Shown one piece after another: positions 37,347-51,800 of a stretch of DNA of 64,000 bases. A program made the translations under genes and the position numbers. Below the pieces are notes generated by a model. That model was not told the origin of the DNA. It worked only from the letters and a program-made list of their open reading frames with translations, and searched no databases. The stretch is taken from assembly GCA_965112155.1 (NCBI GenBank), contig OZ218101.1; one strand, given 5' to 3'. Positions within the stretch are counted from its first letter, which is position 1. Every line of letters starts with the position of its first letter. The stretch is from Podarcis liolepis. Taxonomy: Eukaryota.

Positions 37347-39314
37347 AGAGAGGGGGATACAACTGGCGATCTTGCACTCACCAATAGACTTTTGATCCAA
37401 TTAATGCCTAACAGAAGAAGCCATATTTTTTCCCCAGAAATCCCCACACCCTGCAACTCCAAAAATTGGCTTGAGGGACTTGGGAGATCCTCCAGGTCTG
37501 GGCTGAGTAATAGAGTATGGAGTAATAGAGTATGGAGAGCTACAGTGGGAAGAGCAAAATTGGCAACAACAAAAAAAGAAGTCTCCTATCTTCTTATTAA
37601 CTGATGTGGCCTCTGGGTCAAAAGCCCTTTGATGAGTGTAAGATCACCACTAGATTCCACTAGCAGAACCTCATATCCTCCACTCACTGGGCAATTTCAC
37701 TTTGGACACCACCAACAGCTAGCAGTTAGGCACAAAGTAAGACAAAATCACTGAATTATGCTACAAAAGGCCTTGCAAAGATGGGAGACAGTTTTCTTCT
37801 GAACAGGAAACTTTGTTTCAATAAAACTTTCACATTTCCTTCATCAAAGTACTGTATCATGAATTAAGTGAAAAACCACTTCACTCCATTTTAAAAAACA
37901 CCCATTGTTTTCTGTGTAGGAGTTATAATATTCTTAATTTTTCTAAATTATGGCTAATGTTTATATCCCAGTTTTGTTGGTCAAGCTGCCCTAGATTGTT
38001 TCTTGCAGGAACTGCCCCCCCCCCCTCAAAATTCCTACTAAACTAGAAGACTGAAATCCAGACCAAGTAGAGTAACGCTCCCATAGTAAGACTTCTCTAA
38101 AATAAGCATTTTGAAGACGGTGGCTCAGAAGAGGTGCTCAGCATCTTACTGAATGGGCTTTGATTGTTTAATAAGTTCATTGTGTTCCGCTGACATTCTA
38201 TTTTTTGCCACCATTTACACTTTGTTGTCAGTAAAAGAAGTAGAGACTGAAATAATCATGTCTTTCATAGCCGGGAATTCATAGACATTTGTTTCCATAG
38301 ACCATTCAACAAGGCTCCTTAATAAACATTGAGTCCCTTCCAAGTGTATAAGGGTTCAACCAGGCAAATTTTAATCAGTAAATGATGCTTTTAAAAGCAA
38401 GTCGCCATGCCTGTTGTCTCTAAGATATTTGCCACAGGTTTCATTATTCAAGCAGCACAATTGGAAAGGGGCTCACTTTTCAACTGAATCCGTTTAACGA
38501 TTCTGAAGAGATTGGAGCACATTTAGGCTGATAACTTGCTCTAAAGAACCTGAATGCTATGAAATATCTCTTTTAGAAAAGAGTGTAGGATACCTTTCGC
38601 CAGCCTAGTACCTTCCAGATGTTCTTGGACTACAACTCCCATCTCTAGTTAGCATGGCTTATAAGTCAGGGATCATGGGAATTGTAGTCCAAAACATCTG
38701 GAAAGCACAAGGTTGGGGAAGACTGGTGCAGGGGGAGGGAGGGAGTGCAGTGACTTCATGAAGAGAACATTGTAGTCTTACTGGTTATGAAGAATTCTAT
38801 ATCAATCAAGGGTTTCTGCACCTTAGCAGTCTAAATAGGCGCTTTAGAATGTCTTTGAAATGATATTTATCATATTTAGTTCAACGCCATGGCAATTGCT
38901 TTTAATTGCTGGGTCTGGATTGTTTTGTCACGTTGTGGCAGAAGCAAACGGCCACCCTTATTGTTATAGCTTATTTCTGTGCCGCCTTTTGCCAAGGTGA
39001 CTCACCGAAGTTCAAGTATTTATACATTGCTGTTCCATCAGAAAATATCACAAAGCAGTTCACAGGGGGAAAGCAGGAAAGAAATGTGAAACTATAAAAA
39101 TTCAAGCACTATGAAAAATATCAACATCCAAAAATCACACAATGTGTAAAACACCAAACTCCATGACATAGAATCCCACTCACTCAATACACTTATACTC
39201 ACTCAACATCCACATCTACTAACGCATCTGTTCTTCAATTGACCCTACACCTGCAAAACATTCACCCACACTGAGATACCCTCAACAAATTGATTCCTCT
39301 TAAAGAAGGGAGCG

Positions 39315-40049
39315 TGTTGCGATCGGATCTCTAAGCACCTCCCAGCGTGGGCAGAGCTATGCCCTGCTCCACTCCGGTTGGTCATTTCGCAGTCACTTGG
39401 ACTCTAAAGCCAATCGTTTGGCTTGGGGGGGTGACTGCAAAACAATATTTCAGCCCTGTGCATTGTTTGCTGGTTCTCTTTGCCTTTGCGCAGCAGATCC
39501 CCCACCCACCTACCATTTATTTAGGTCTGTTTGGCCTTGCTATGGACTTTGTTGGTTGCCTGTTTTGTAATGGGGGCCTGGTATAAATTTTTCCATCTGG
39601 CAAATTGTCAGGGCCATTTGGTTTTCACCTACCACTGTAGCAATCGTCACAACTTTGTAAGATTTGGCGGTTAGGCATTGGATCAGCAATGGTGGGGAGA
39701 GGAGGTGCGGCCTTCACCTGCCCCTCCAAGCTCAAGGGTATTCTGTTAAAGGAATCTAGGGGTTGGCCTGGGTCTTGTCTGAAACCCCCGTGGAGGGGGC
39801 TAGGGCCATACCAGGACCCCATGGGGACACCAGGGATGAGCGCCAGTCAGGACCCACTGACAGTGCTCCCTCTGGCGGTGTTCATCCTTTATCAGATATA
39901 GTTTGGATGATGCCAATGCCTAAGACAATACCACTCACATTCTGTATTCAATAAAGTTGTGGCCTAAATTTTGCCCAATAACCTAAACTAAAATCCTGTG
40001 TCATTATGTTTCATTGGCCCTTAGACGCTGTGGGTGGATAAAATGCACA
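39315..40049 (+). mobile_element. Probable solo LTR (ERV-like)
   Basis: Starts TGTTGCG, CCAAT ~39411, TATAAA 39582-39587, AATAAA 39950-39955, ends near CA; GC-richer than flanks; no clear TSD. Confidence 0.6.
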
Positions 40050-40303
40050 TTTCTTGTTGCACCGATTTATATGTGTTTGCTTTTATCTGCATTTTATTTG
40101 TTAATATTTCACACTTGCCCCAAAGGAAGGTTTTAATCAGAGCGTATTGAGCTTATTCTGCAACAATAAGCCATCTAAGCTGGAGGTTCGCATGTCACCT
40201 TGTGGTTGAGTTCTGAGGTTGCCCCTTTTTATTACTTGTTGCTAGAATAACACCCATAGTAAGCAAAATACTATGTGCCATACATAATTGATATTGGTAT
40301 ATA

Positions 40304-40538
40304 CAGTGGTGCCCCGCAAGACGAAAAACTCGCTAGACGAAAGGGTTTTTCAGTTTTGCGTTGCTTCGCTAGACGAATTTCCCTATGGGCTTGCTTCGCA
40401 AGACGAAAACGTCTTGCGTTTTTTTTAAAGCCGCTTGAAGAGGCGCAGTTGCGACGGACCGTGCTTCGCAAGATGAAAAACATCGCAAGACGAAAAGACT
40501 CGCGGAACGAATTCTTTTCGTCTTGCGAGACACCACTG
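40304..40538. mobile_element. Tc1/mariner-type MITE, family C (CpG-rich, probably young)
   Basis: TA|CAGTGGTGCCCCGCAAGACGAA ... TTCGTCTTGCGAGACACCACTG|TA with repeated CGC(A/T)AGACGAA motifs. Confidence 0.85.
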
Positions 40539-40765
40539 TACTGGCAGGCAGGCTAGTCAGATACTGGAGAAGAGGTGGATATCTTTTTGGACCTGTTTTG
40601 GAAGATGCACAGATTCTTACATAAAGCTATGAAATCCTTTGGGTTGGCACAACAGTGTTCACATAGCAGAGGAAAAGAAGGAATGGCCACAGACAAGATT
40701 GCCTTAGTTTAGGAACAAGTTAAATGTGTGAGCCCCTTTAAATGCAGTTATATATTACTACTAAA

Positions 40766-41146
40766 GGGACGTGGGTGGCACTGTGGTCTAAACCACTGAG
40801 CCTCTTGGGCTTGCCGATCAGAAGGTTGACGGTTTGAATCCCCGTCACAGGGTGAGCTCCCGTTGCTCTGTCCCAGCTCCTGCCAACTAGCAGTTCAAAA
40901 GCATACCAGTGCAAGTAAATAAATAGGTGCCACTGTGATGGGAAGGTAAATGGCGTTTCCATGCACTATGGCTTCCATCATGGTGTTCCGTTGCACCAGA
41001 AGTGGTATAGTCATGCTGGCCACATGACCTGGAAAACTCTGTGGACAAATGCCGGCTCCCTCAACCTGAAAGTGAGATGAGCACCACAACCCCATAGTCG
41101 CCTTTGACTGGACTTAACTGTCCAGGGGTCCTTTACCTTTTACCTT
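40766..41146 (+). mobile_element. Sauria SINE (Squam1), full length
   Basis: GGGACGTGGGTGGCACTGTGGTCTAAACC head; CCTTTACCTTTTACCTT tail. Confidence 0.9.
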
Positions 41147-41260
41147 ACAGGGAATGGAAAGGTGGGGGGGATACCTGGGTCAGTTAGGAGTTCAAAATAA
41201 ATAAACATAGGCTGTTTGGTTTATTTGGCATTTAGTACAGACAGGTAAAAGCTTCAGATA

Positions 41261-41665
41261 CCGTATTTTTTGTGCATTAGATGATTTTTTTTTTTTTTGC
41301 AAAAAGCATTGTACGTCAAAAAATTGGGGGTCGTCTTATACACTGATGGTGAATGCACACGTGTTAAAAAACAACAACACACCACTTACCTTCCCACAGC
41401 TGTCAGAACCGTCAATCACGGGGGCTACACAGCGCTGGAGCTCAACAACTTTAGGTGATCTTCAAAAAAAGCTGAACAACTTTGGGCAATCTCGGGTGTT
41501 GGTGGGGCACACCCCACTCTGCTATGCCAGTGCCAGTGCTTTGAATATTTAATAAAATATCAAAGTTGTTCTGTTTGATGTTTAAAATATTGATTTCTTA
41601 ATTTTGACTTCAATTCAATAGGGGTCGTCTTATACATGAGGGCGTCTTATACACGAAAAATATGG
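41261..41665. mobile_element. pogo/Tigger-type MITE related to family B
   Basis: TA|CCGTATTTTT ... GCGTCTTATACACGAAAAATATGG|TA. Confidence 0.75.
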
Positions 41666-42464
41666 TAATGGCCAGTACCCTGAGGCATGTGAGGTGGAGG
41701 ACACTCTGCCAACCAGCCTCCATAGCTGTCTGGCTTGGAGAACTCCTTGTTGCGGCACTCTCGGGGCTTAGCTGAACACTGAGCATCAGGGAAGACTGGC
41801 CCCTGTCAGGCCACACACTTATGAGTTACCTTTAGAGAAAGGTGGTTTTGCCTCCCTTCACCACAGCTTCTGTGAAGAAGCTGCTCTGAGGTTCTTTGGC
41901 TCTTTGCAGCAGGCAAGAGATTTTCTGCCTGCTAACCAGCTGAAAGGTTTGACCCTTCTTCAGAGGCAGTATAATTCACTGAACTAATCTTACCTCGAGG
42001 TTACCAGAGCATAGACAACAGAAGAACGTTGTTGTCTGTTTGGTTCAGTTCAAGTCTTCCTTTGTTTTAACTTTTAGTGGCCAGATTGGTAACAGCCCAA
42101 TACTGGAAATCATCCAAAGTTCCTATTTGGAAGGCATGGTTTACCAATTTATGGAACATTGCTTTATCTGAACATTTGGTAAGACATAGATATGTAGTCC
42201 GGGGGCAAATGCAGTTTTGATGTGGGCTGGTCTCCCCTCTCTTTTTGGAGGGGTATAAATAGGGAGAGTCATAAAAGCCCTTCTCTCATGACTCACTCCT
42301 CACTGTGCTCACTGGGCTACATAAATTCATCTTAAAATATTGGCTACTGCATTTCTATTATTTGTTTTTTATACTGACTATGCTCCATGCATGGTTCTTT
42401 TATTGTTTGCTTGTGTTGGTTTGTACATACGTTTATAATAAATTAATAAAAAGATACAACCTTT

Positions 42465-43345
42465 TTTAAAAAAAAATCATAATTTTCATTTATACACATT
42501 ACAACAATTATTTTGCCAAGTTTTAACATTTTCAATTTCGACTCCTTTCCCCATCTTTCTGCACTTCCTTACATTTATTTTCATCCTTTCCTGCATACTC
42601 CAAATTGTCTTAACTTATTCTTTTATTCGTCTATTCTGATATATATCTCATATATATTTTTAAAACTGCAGGTTTTTACAATAATCTTGCCAATGTCTTG
42701 ATCTGTTTACAGTTTGTGAATACTCAGTAAACCACTTCCATTCCTTTCTAAAACGTTTATTGATTTCTTATTTCTTATTTCTTAAAAGTCTTGATTTCTT
42801 ATTCTTTCTTATTCTTTCGGTATGTTTTACCATTTCTGCATACTCCATTAGTTTCTGCACCCAATCTTTTTTCGTCTGGACCTTTTCATCCTTCCACCTT
42901 TGGGCAAATAACATTCTTGCATCTGTTGCATACATAAATAAATTTCTATATTGTTTGGGTACTTCTAATCCTATAACTCCTAAGAGAAAAGCTTCTTTTT
43001 TATGAATGTTATCTTAAACTTCTTTTTCAATTCATTATATATCATTTCCCAGTAAGCTTTAACCTTATTACAAGACCACCACATGTGAAAAAGGTGCCTT
43101 CTTTTTCTTTACATTTCCAACACTTATTTGACTTTGATGCATACATTTTTTGCCAATCTACTGGGTATTAGGTGCAATCTATATAGCATTTTTATATAAT
43201 TTTCTCTTAAACCATAACATGCATTAAATTTTATATCCGTATTCCATAATCATTGCCATACTTCCATGTCTACATTATGACCAACATCTATTGCCCAGTG
43301 TATCATTGAAGATTTCACTAATTCATCCTTTGTCTCCACGTCATC
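42465..43345 (-). mobile_element. L1-clade LINE 3' fragment
   Basis: Minus strand encodes ...MIHWAIDVG..., CWKCKEKEGTF..WWSC zinc knuckle and FMYAT.ARMLFAQRWK, homologous to 5852-6097; frameshifted. Confidence 0.85.
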
Positions 43346-46300
43346 TGCAAATATATAACCTGTAGCCATATTCCTCTCTCTCGAGTCTTCAGTCCAGCTG
43401 TGGGGCCAAGTCCACTCACCTAAGATCTTGGGCAGCAATTGCTGATCAGGATAGACACCACTAGAGTATATAGGCCAGTGGTCTGGCATGGTATAACACA
43501 GTCTATGTTTGTGTTTTGTGTGGTACTTTTGCTCCAACTTACTTGTCCATCTCAAGTGCAGTTACAGTTCTTTCTCAAACGTAGCCTGTGTCCACGGCTT
43601 TATACCATGTAAAACCCTTGCCAAGGGTTGTTGTCATGAGAACAACAACAAACAAGTGCTTAGTTTCATAAACGATGATTTAATGCTGATGCCATCACCC
43701 CTTGCTACAAGGCAGCTATCCACCCTGAATGCCTCATTTGCCATAGCTATGAAGCATAGCCAAAATACTTCTTCAGGTTTGTGTGTGTGTCTGAGGGGGG
43801 AGAACTGCCGAATAAGGTAAACAATATTCCTACAGGGAATATAGCTTAAGCAATTCATATTGTATACAAACATTTATTGATACGAAACTTGCAACAGGGA
43901 AAAGAGAGAGAGAGAGAGTAAGGGGGGAATTGTTAAATTTTTTAACCGTGTTTTCGCAAATCTTCAAAGCGTTCCTTGATGGCTTGCTGAAGTAATTGAA
44001 TGACTCTCAAGTTGTTTTATAGGGGACATCTTATCTTTCTTTCATTACCCAGCCCATGGCTTCTTTTCTATTCCCATGAAATCCGTGTACACACTTTAGA
44101 AGCCCTCCTGAACAAGCTTGCTTCTAACTCTCACAGAGCTCTTAGCACAATTTGAATACGAAAGAGATACTGAATAAAAAGCTTTAATCTCTTGTCGGCT
44201 ATTCTTCTTCTTTTTTCTCCCTCTCTTCATCTCCCTCTCTTCCAAGAGCTTTTGCCATGTAAGGGAACACTTTTCCGCTTAAAGTAAGTTAGTATAATGC
44301 TCCAGAAAGATGCACTGTACAAGGGAAATTGAAAGGCTGGCCAGCAAAGGCTTTTCTGTTGCAGTTTAGCGATATTTGTGCGGCGTTTACCCACGCTCGC
44401 GCTTTTTTTGCAGGTAAAAGATTAGGAAAAAAAGGGGCTCTCTTTAACAAAATCATTCAATCAACAAGCGAGTTAAAGCAGTATCAAATATGTCCTCTAC
44501 CTCAAATACTGTGGGCCTTTTTCTTGCGATACCTCTTCCCTCAGTTAACTGGAACTGCTTTGAAAGGGCTTTCTGTTCTCCAGTCCCTTGTCAGTTTGAA
44601 TGCCAGGAAATGAGTCTCCTTTGTGAGATTAATTAATTGCAGGAGCTGATCGGCCCAAGCCCAATCACCATGCAAGAGAGCTGTAATTGCTACTTTGTGG
44701 AAAGGAAAGGAAAAGTTTTGGTTGCAGTTTAAGAAGAGGGTTTAAGGAAAGTTCTTTGAACTAGAGGTCTCAGTGCACTGGATTAAGGCGAGAAGCAAGG
44801 AGGCCTTTGAAGTTTGTTAAGAGGTTTTGGAGGAGAAAAAAGTTGGGTGGCAAATGGGAGTTGGCAACATCAAAAGGACAGAGCAGCACCACTCCTCACC
44901 TGCTTGCATTCAGAGCAGGGACCACAGGCTGGAAGCATCATTTACTGGAATGATCACTTTTGTGAGACTGCTTTGGGGTAGCTTTTATTATTATTATTAT
45001 TATTAAATTGCATGGCGTCCTTATGTGGGGCATATAGGCAACCTTGTGTGGAAATAGATTGCATATGCAAATAGGTATGCATATACACTACACTACACAC
45101 ACACACACACACACTTGCCTAATATACTTTAAACAAAAAGGTACACCTACAAATGTAGAAATATTGCTGTTTTTGCCTGGCAGCAAAATATGACTCAATT
45201 CTGCATTCGCTAATAAGCTAGGGGGCAAATCCTAATGGCTGGAAGTGAAATGTTGTTCTTACAAGGTGCTGCCGAACTTTTCTAAACATCTGGGGATGCC
45301 TTGACTTTCCTTATGGAAAAATCACACACACCACCTACCTCATTCTCAGTAGCAGGGGACAGAAATCAGTTAAATGTAGCTGGGGTCAGAGTGTTTACAT
45401 CTGCAGGCACAATAAGGCAGTAGAACAGAATATATTTATTTATGTACAGAATATGCATCCCACTTGATTTTAGTAGAACCTGGAAGCAGCTTACTGGGAA
45501 CATTAAAAGTATAAATAAAAAGGCTTAAAAACATTTAAGGGTAATTACTCTTGTATTGCTGGCCTTGTAACTTTGCTGTTGTCGCAAATGAGCATTGTCA
45601 TGAAAGGTGACATAGAAATATTGTAAATAAACAAACCATTACTTGAGTCACATTTTCCTGCAACAGGAGTGGAAACCAGAAATGCTAAAGGGACAAAAGG
45701 GCCTTACCAAAAATAAATAAACCGAACACAATTGCATTGGGCAAGAGATATGATGTAAAGGCATTTATATGCTAATGCCAGAAGCCTTCAAGCCAAGATA
45801 GAGGCATTACAGTACATGACACACACAGTATAAGGAAACTTAGATATAGTGGGCATATCCAAAAGCCTGATAGGATTTAGCCAGGCAAAAAGATTCCTCT
45901 CCTCCTGGGCCTTTGGCTACTTAAACAATCTATGGCTTTTTAAAATTATTGATTTTGTTACTATGTTGCACACACTGCAGGCACCAAAAAACCACACTAC
46001 ACCACTGCAAGTTCTCCACCAGAGTTTTTTAAGATCTGCAGATCTGCTGATGAGGTTCTGCTCCAAATGCCATCTTTCCAGGAACAAAGAGTTTCCATAG
46101 GAGTGGGCCTTCTGGGCTATGATTCTGGAATTGCACAATGCACTCCCTTAAAGGGCTAGTTTGTTGTCTCATTTTCAAGAAAAATGGAAATTTTGAGCTT
46201 AGCATTTGCGATTTTTTTGGAATTTGTCACTTTCTAGTGATATAAAAATGTTGTGATGGTGTTGGAGGTGCCATCTTCTGAAGAACATTGAGGGGATCCG

Positions 46301-48857
46301 ACACAATGCTGTGCAATATCCTGATGTCGTTCTGTGCCCGCCTAAACAATGGGAAGGGGCAGCCCCCTAAAAAAATTTTTTGAGGAGGTCCAAAGTGCCT
46401 CAGCCCCCAGAAACCAGCTCTTATGAAAGGTGTAGTAAATAAAAATATCTTGTTTGAGGAAGAATTAACATTGTAAAAAAAAAAAAAGTGTTTGGTGTAC
46501 CGGGCAGCTGTACAAAGTGTCGACTCTGCACTACAAAATCATTTTTAAAAACATAACTTGGGGTGTTTGTACTGTAATGGAATGGTGGTTAATTCTTTAG
46601 ACTAGGCTCCTCTAATCTGTGGCCATCGGTCCAGCATGGCCAATGATCAGAGATGTGGTAGCCCATCAACATCTGTGGGGCACCAGGTTGGGGAAGTCTG
46701 CTTTAGACAGACTAAACAGATAACGTGTGTTAGATAGAGGAGCCTTCAAACATGATTACTGGATCTGCATCCTGAAGTGTTAAAGTCTGGGGGGTTTTCT
46801 ACTACTAACTTATGCTGAATGTATAAACTGGTCCTCAGCAGCAGAAGGAGCACCAGGGTTACTAGGCAAAGATTTTGAGAGGTGACAACAAAAACACTTC
46901 ACATTATACACTGCCAGTTCAAGAAGGGCTACAATTCAACACAAGGCAGCCCCAGAAAAGCTATCTAGAACTGCCATGTAAATCATCGGTCCCAAAACCA
47001 ATCTAAAGGTATAATACTCTCTTATATAAATTAGTCATCAAATGGATGCCTATGCATATGACAAAGTGCTGTCATCTTTCAAGGATTCTCGTTCTTTTAA
47101 AATGTGCCCTTCTACAAAGTGGCTCAAAGATGACAGTTTTGGACAGCAGTTTGGGGCAGGGAGGGGAGTCGATCTGAAATAAGGATGGATTCAAATGTCA
47201 TGAACCCCGTGTCACAATATCTGGCATTCCAATGCAGGCATCCAAAGTCCTTTCAATAACATTTGTGTAGAGCCTGGGATTTAGGACAGTCTTGGCACTG
47301 CTTGAATCTCAATCTATATTGGAATTGGTTTTTCTAAAAAATAATAATAATAACCATTTCATTGCTTGTTTCGTTTGCCACCCCGGGAGGAAGAGTGGGG
47401 TATAAATTTAGAAAATAGATAAGACCATTAATCAACACAACTGGCCTTCTTTAAGAATTATCTGGTATTTAACACTGCAGTATCTGTCTGTCTATGTATC
47501 TACCTACCTGCTCACTCACCTAAACTCTAGATACACCCATAATTTTCTAGAGGTCTACCAATAAGACATTCCCTATTGCAACACCTAGTAGATTTATCCC
47601 ATACTATATATTTGTTAAAGATCTGTGACCAGAGGTTCAGCTGTTTCTCTTCCTGGACCCAGTGTGAAGTCTTCCCTCCAGCTGAGCCAACCTTCTGCTT
47701 CTCTCAGCTGGAGCTACACCGTCAACATTCTGTGATATTCTTCCTTCACATGAGTGAAGAGTGTAAAGTTAACTGTGACATCAGCACAGCTCAGGATCTT
47801 CCACATCGTGGACTGTAGATATTTAGCCTAGAAAAAAACATTGGCTTTCATATGAATCTGCCTGTCAGGTCTACAGGACAGGTCTAATATTGTTTCGGGG
47901 TAGCCTTCTTATTAAGTAATACAGTAATGCATCTTGGTCCCTTCATATCTTAGAGAATATCTTGTTATCTATTTATTATCGCAGTGTGAATGGCCTCATA
48001 ATAGCACCCACTGAGTGTCAAATATGAAAGGCAACCACACATAGGGAAATATTCTCAGATGCTTTGCAGATTTAATGCTCCTTGCCTCTGCTTAGGCATG
48101 TTCAAGCCAAAGTATTCTGACAGGATGCTACAACATGTTTTTATTTCAGCAATCGCTTTGTTTTCAAGACTTTACCTGCATATATCTTTAGTCTGACGCC
48201 GTGCAATAATTAGCAATCACATGAAATGGAGGACTTCTTGTGTGAACAGCTCATCATCCTGCACTGACCTCAAGCTAGGCATATGCATCAGGATCGGTCC
48301 TACTTGATCCTGATGCCACCGAAGCCTCAATATCTATTAGTCTGACATAATGGTATGCAGAGTAGTCACTTGGCGCACCAGGAAACTGAGATCCTTTAAT
48401 GAGAGATTCTAGGAGTTAGACCTGGGATCTTCTGTATGCAATTTATTCTGCCCACTGTCACCCGATCATTTTAACTCATGCACCACAGAGCCAGAGTAAG
48501 GTCCAGCGTTGCCCTTCAGATCTTGTAAACCACAAGACCCATCAACCCCGGCCAACATGGTCAATAGTCAGGGATGATGGGAGTTCAGTACATCACATCT
48601 GTAAGGCACCCTGTTAGCTAGCGGGGCTCTAGCCCTTATAAACACAGCCCTTATTTTGTCACATGTACACCCTGCCTCCAAATTGCTTAGAGTAGCATAG
48701 AAACTTTACACCAATCTCTGATTAGGAACTTCTCCAAGCAGGGAGCAGGATAAGTCAGCGAGTCTTCCTAAATGCACGCCCCAACATCTAGCCATTACGC
48801 TCTCTCTTGCTGGTACTGGTTAGCAAACCATTAAAAAGTGTGTGGGTGTGGATGTGT

Positions 48858-48858
<1 letters not shown>

Positions 48859-48892
<34 letters not shown>
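48859..48892. repeat. (AC)n microsatellite
   Basis: Direct. Confidence 0.95.
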
Positions 48893-48893
<1 letters not shown>

Positions 48894-51800
48894 CCTTGCA
48901 TTCAGCAGTCACCTGTATTATCTTACCCAGTGCCTCATTTTATGCTTTAAGGTTTACAGCCACAATGTTGTATAATATATGAAGGCTTGTAATTGTATCT
49001 GCACATCAATCACGGGTGAGCTTCAGCATTTTCAGATAACTCTTCCAGTCAAAAAAGAGAAGACTTTGGTCTCTTGGCATTTTCTAAGCAGTTTGATTAC
49101 AGGTGTAATATACACAGTCTTGTTAGTTCTCCGAGATCAGGGATTCTTTCCCCTGCTGGGTTCTTCTAGTAGAGGCACTGACCAATGCTTTTCACTAACA
49201 ATTTCTGTCTCCTCCCAAGAGATGCTTTAATGAGCCCCTCCGACATGGCCAAAGGCAAGAAATGTACTCTGGGCCACTGAGGTGAAGAGCCAAAGCTTAA
49301 CCTACTAGGCAAGCAATAATTAATACGCCTTTCCCCCTCCAATTCATCTCAATTCATTAACAAGTTACCTTTTTTTTGTTTTTGTTAATTCCCACTAAGC
49401 TACATGACGTTAGGTCTGTCACATTACATATAAGTAGTGAATGAAAAGCTGTGCCAAGGTATGTTAAAAAAAAATCTAATTTATGACAAAAATAAATGAA
49501 TTTAGAATACTAATTGGGATAAAGCAACTGACATACAGTGAGAGATTGATTTTAGGGGAAATGGAGAAATCTGTTTTCTGTTTACTTTAAGGACAGGAAA
49601 TGAATACTGATTAGCAGTGTACAGGCAGTTGAGCTGGGCAACATTTGGTTATTTGGGGATTTTGTTTTTATTTTTTGCAAGGCACTAGTTCTGCAACACT
49701 ATTTTGAAATCTAAGAGCAGGGCGGTTTATTAACGGGAGGCGCCAGGCTAAATTTCAAACAGTATATTTTAATTGAAACTAGCTTTGTCTCGATTTAATA
49801 ATTGCTCTTTGGAAGTGGAAATAATCCTAATCTGTTTTAACTTTTTAAGTTACTTTCGATGCCTTCCCATTTTTTATTTATTATTTTTTACATGCATAGG
49901 ATCTGCTATCCGACAACGTTACTTGTATCTACAGAGAGGCACACGCAACATGTAGGATTAAAGAAAGAGGGAAACGCATTGCTGGAAAGATGATGTTAAA
50001 AAGAAATAAACATATATGGCTTGAAAGGGTGTCTCAAGCCAAACCCAAAGCTCTTTAGAGATGGGGGAAAGGGCATCAATCACGTCCCTGGGCACATTAA
50101 GCTGTTACATATTATAGCCATCTCATTTTAAGTGGTGTGAGGCTCATCTCATTTGCATATGTTGTGTTACAATCTTGCTTCAGGCCTGTCTCCACAGTGA
50201 ATAAGGTGGCTGTGCAAGGCGGCTTGGGGCTGGCATAAAGGATGTGTCAGAATCAAGCTGCTCACTAATCAGCTTTGCTGGGGCAGATACACGATAGTCT
50301 ATGTGAAGAAATTTAGATAACAGTAATACAGCATCCTCTGGAATGATTTACGTGTGTGCGTATATATATATATATGGAGGGAGAAAGAGAGAGAGATTTT
50401 GTGTGTACATCTGTGTATCTCTATAAAGGTTTTAAGCCTAACTTCTAATCCTTCGTGGAAAATTTGTAAATACTGCAGCGATGTTCTACTGACCTCTAAA
50501 GGCAGCTGCTTTGAGCTGTGTGCACTTTTGTTAAATCTCAAGGCTTTGTGCCACACATGTCATTAACATCCTTATGGACTTGTTAACAGGAATTTCTCTG
50601 CTTCCCACCTTCTGCCTCTCCCCCCACCCACCCACCCAAAATAAAAATCCCACATGCAGTCATATTACATTTCATTTATTTATTTTGATGGTTATCTTCA
50701 TTATTGTCGTTGCCATTATTTCATGGTCCTTTTCCAAGTCACCGTGTCTCCCACAGCGCCCATTCTTCAAATCCCACCACCACCACCACTTTTTCCTCAT
50801 TCTAGAATTAGTAACACTGCCTATGTTGGAGGCAAGGTCAAGACTGCTTGTTCAGACCGACTGCAATAATGTCTTCTATAACTCTTCCCACAGCGTCCAG
50901 TATTTGTACCTTGAATCTTCCACTACGGTCCCCTTTCTCCATTCCTCCCTCTATAAACAGCTTGGCGCTTTCTCTTCTCCTCAGTTTCCTGCCGCCAGCA
51001 GGCCAGGCCAGAAGCTCTATTCACAGCAGGAAGAAAAGTACCTCACCCCAGGCAAAGCAATGTGGGGTTGAGCTGAAACCCACTGCCGTGCATTTAGCCG
51101 GCTAAATACACAAATTGTTAAATGCATTATTATTATTATTATTGTTGTTTTTCCGTTTCGAAGACAGAACAAAACAACAACTTGCCTCCCAAGGCTCTCT
51201 AGGGTACAACGCTCGATCCCTGTCCACTGTGCAATTTGATTTATGAATACCAGCAATGGATTCAGTCAGGATTGCCATCCCCACCCCACCCTGCCACATA
51301 TTTACCTCAGAGCTCCCGTAATAAAATGCACCTCTCTCCTCTGTTGCCACCATTAATGATCGCACGCCATTTGCTGAATGCATTTGAGACACCTGTCTTC
51401 TTTTGTGCTACAATTTTGTGAGGTGTTTTTTTTTGGGGGGGGGTGCCAAATAAGCCACGGATGGTTAAAAAAAATATGAAATGGTATATGCCCATAGGTG
51501 TTGCATATCACTTTCATTCAGAGCAGGCCAGGAAGGACTCGCTCAGCTTTTCTGAAGGATGAGGGGAGGATGATGATGTGTGGGGTGGTGGGCAGGGAAA
51601 ACGTTTTCTACCCCCCCCCCTTAAATGAGAGACCTCTAACACTGAATGAGCTGAGAGATAATAACTTAACGGTAAAAGGTCCTTGCCTACGTATACCACC
51701 CTGCCTCTGGCATTAATCCAGGCTTTGGGGGAATCTGAAATTTCCTAAAGATGTATTAGTGTCTTATACACATGTGCTCCTGTGCACTCATAATCCTTTT

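Noticed and set aside
43335-43372. GYIFADDV resembling the RT YADD motif
   Set aside because: Lies at the truncation junction of an L1 C-terminal fragment without surrounding RT motifs; probably coincidental
50574-51071. 165-aa + ORF with hydrophobic stretch and poly-His
   Set aside because: Low-complexity, no recognisable domain; more consistent with non-coding DNA
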